DNA of 63,820 nucleotides, the filler included, from Octopus bimaculoides (lineage: Eukaryota): assembly GCF_001194135.2 (NCBI RefSeq). It is 5 parts of 4 records of this genome, joined end to end, with 100 filler letters (N's around TTAATTAATTAA, not from the genome) between each part and the next. Parts side by side here need not be neighbours in the genome. Positions count along the whole stretch, not along the records: positions 62,653 to 63,820 come from NW_026345735.1; 4 more parts are not named here. One strand, written 5' to 3'. A program made the translations under genes and the position numbers. The notes under the pieces were generated by a model, which did no database searches, had not been told where the DNA came from, and saw only the letters and a program-made list of their open reading frames with translations. The stretch's first letter is position 1. The number at the start of each line of letters is the position of its first letter. This document shows positions 63,070 to 63,820 of this stretch, in pieces.

Positions 63070-63600
63070 GATGGGGTCACCCCATACAAAATAAAACGTC
63101 TCGAAAATTGAATCGCCCCAGAGGTCATTCACTTAAACAATTAAGGGAATGACTGATCTAGATTATTGGGATCGCCTTAAAACATTGAAACTCTATTCTC
63201 TCCAGCGCCGCCGTGAGCGATACACCATTTGCACGATGTGGAGAATATACCACCAGCATTGCCTAAACGACCTCAACATTAGCTTTAAAATTCATCCAAG
63301 TTTAGGACCACGGGCCATACGTCCCCTACCCAATTCAGGATCATAGCGCACAAATATACTGCAACACAATTTCTTTTCCTCAACAGGCCCTACCTTATTT
63401 AACATTGTCCCAAGACAGATCAAAGAGGAAAAATATCCCATTACCTTTAAATGGAATCTGGACAAATTTCTTCAAGGAATACCAGATAAGTCATCTATAG
63501 TTGTATACAAGTCATTCAACAAAAACTCCCTACTCGAATGGACCATGATACCCTAAAACTTGACATTAAAAGGATTTAGATAATCCTATCAAGTGTTACT
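63070..63600 (+). mobile_element. CR1/L2-group LINE 3' portion
   Basis: SPHTK..KIESPQRSFT..IKGMTDLDYWDRLKTLKLYSLQRRRERY, then GPTLFNIVP. Confidence 0.75.
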
Positions 63601-63820
63601 ATTAAGTTTGGTCGTATGCGCGCGTGTGTGCACGTACGCACGCGCGAAAACTTTTCACTCGTCACTGTTTCTTAAATCCTCGTCACTGGAATAATGTTTG
63701 CCTCTCAAACCCTCTTTTGTGGCACCGAAGAGATGATAGTCTGAAAGCGCTAAATCTGGTGAGTGTGGAGGTAGTGAAGAAGGGGCTCAAAGAACAGTCA
63801 ACAGAATTTTACGGGGCAGG

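Overview
This window is AT-rich, repeat-dominated animal genomic DNA from a draft assembly (about 10% N). The SINE, microsatellite and LINE repertoire resembles cephalopod (Octopus-like) DNA; that is recall-based inference, not a database result. The window is not natively contiguous: four identical 100-bp spacers (44 N + TTAATTAATTAA + 44 N) join five separate pieces. I recognise no intact host gene, tRNA, rRNA or CRISPR array, and nearly all long ORFs in the track are microsatellite or N-run artefacts. Supported content: (1) many copies of at least four SINE or LINE-tail families; (2) a pile-up of at least five restriction-like-endonuclease (R4/Dong-type) LINE fragments, several at (AAT)n tracts; (3) a decayed, internally mosaic Tx1/L1-type LINE at about 19.6-25.0 kb; (4) RTE, CR1/L2-type and Penelope-like remnants; (5) three mariner transposase relics; (6) piggyBac-, hAT- and Tc1-like MITEs; (7) a 39-bp minisatellite and a 16-bp satellite. 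The best leads are a heavily decayed NACHT (NLR-type) NTPase relic at about 30.5-31.4 kb, two hammerhead-ribozyme-like cores in Penelope-like ends, a LINE-SINE-LINE template-switch junction, a 33-bp direct repeat bracketing 3.9 kb, and a palindrome-seeded satellite that cuts an RTE exactly at its YADD motif.
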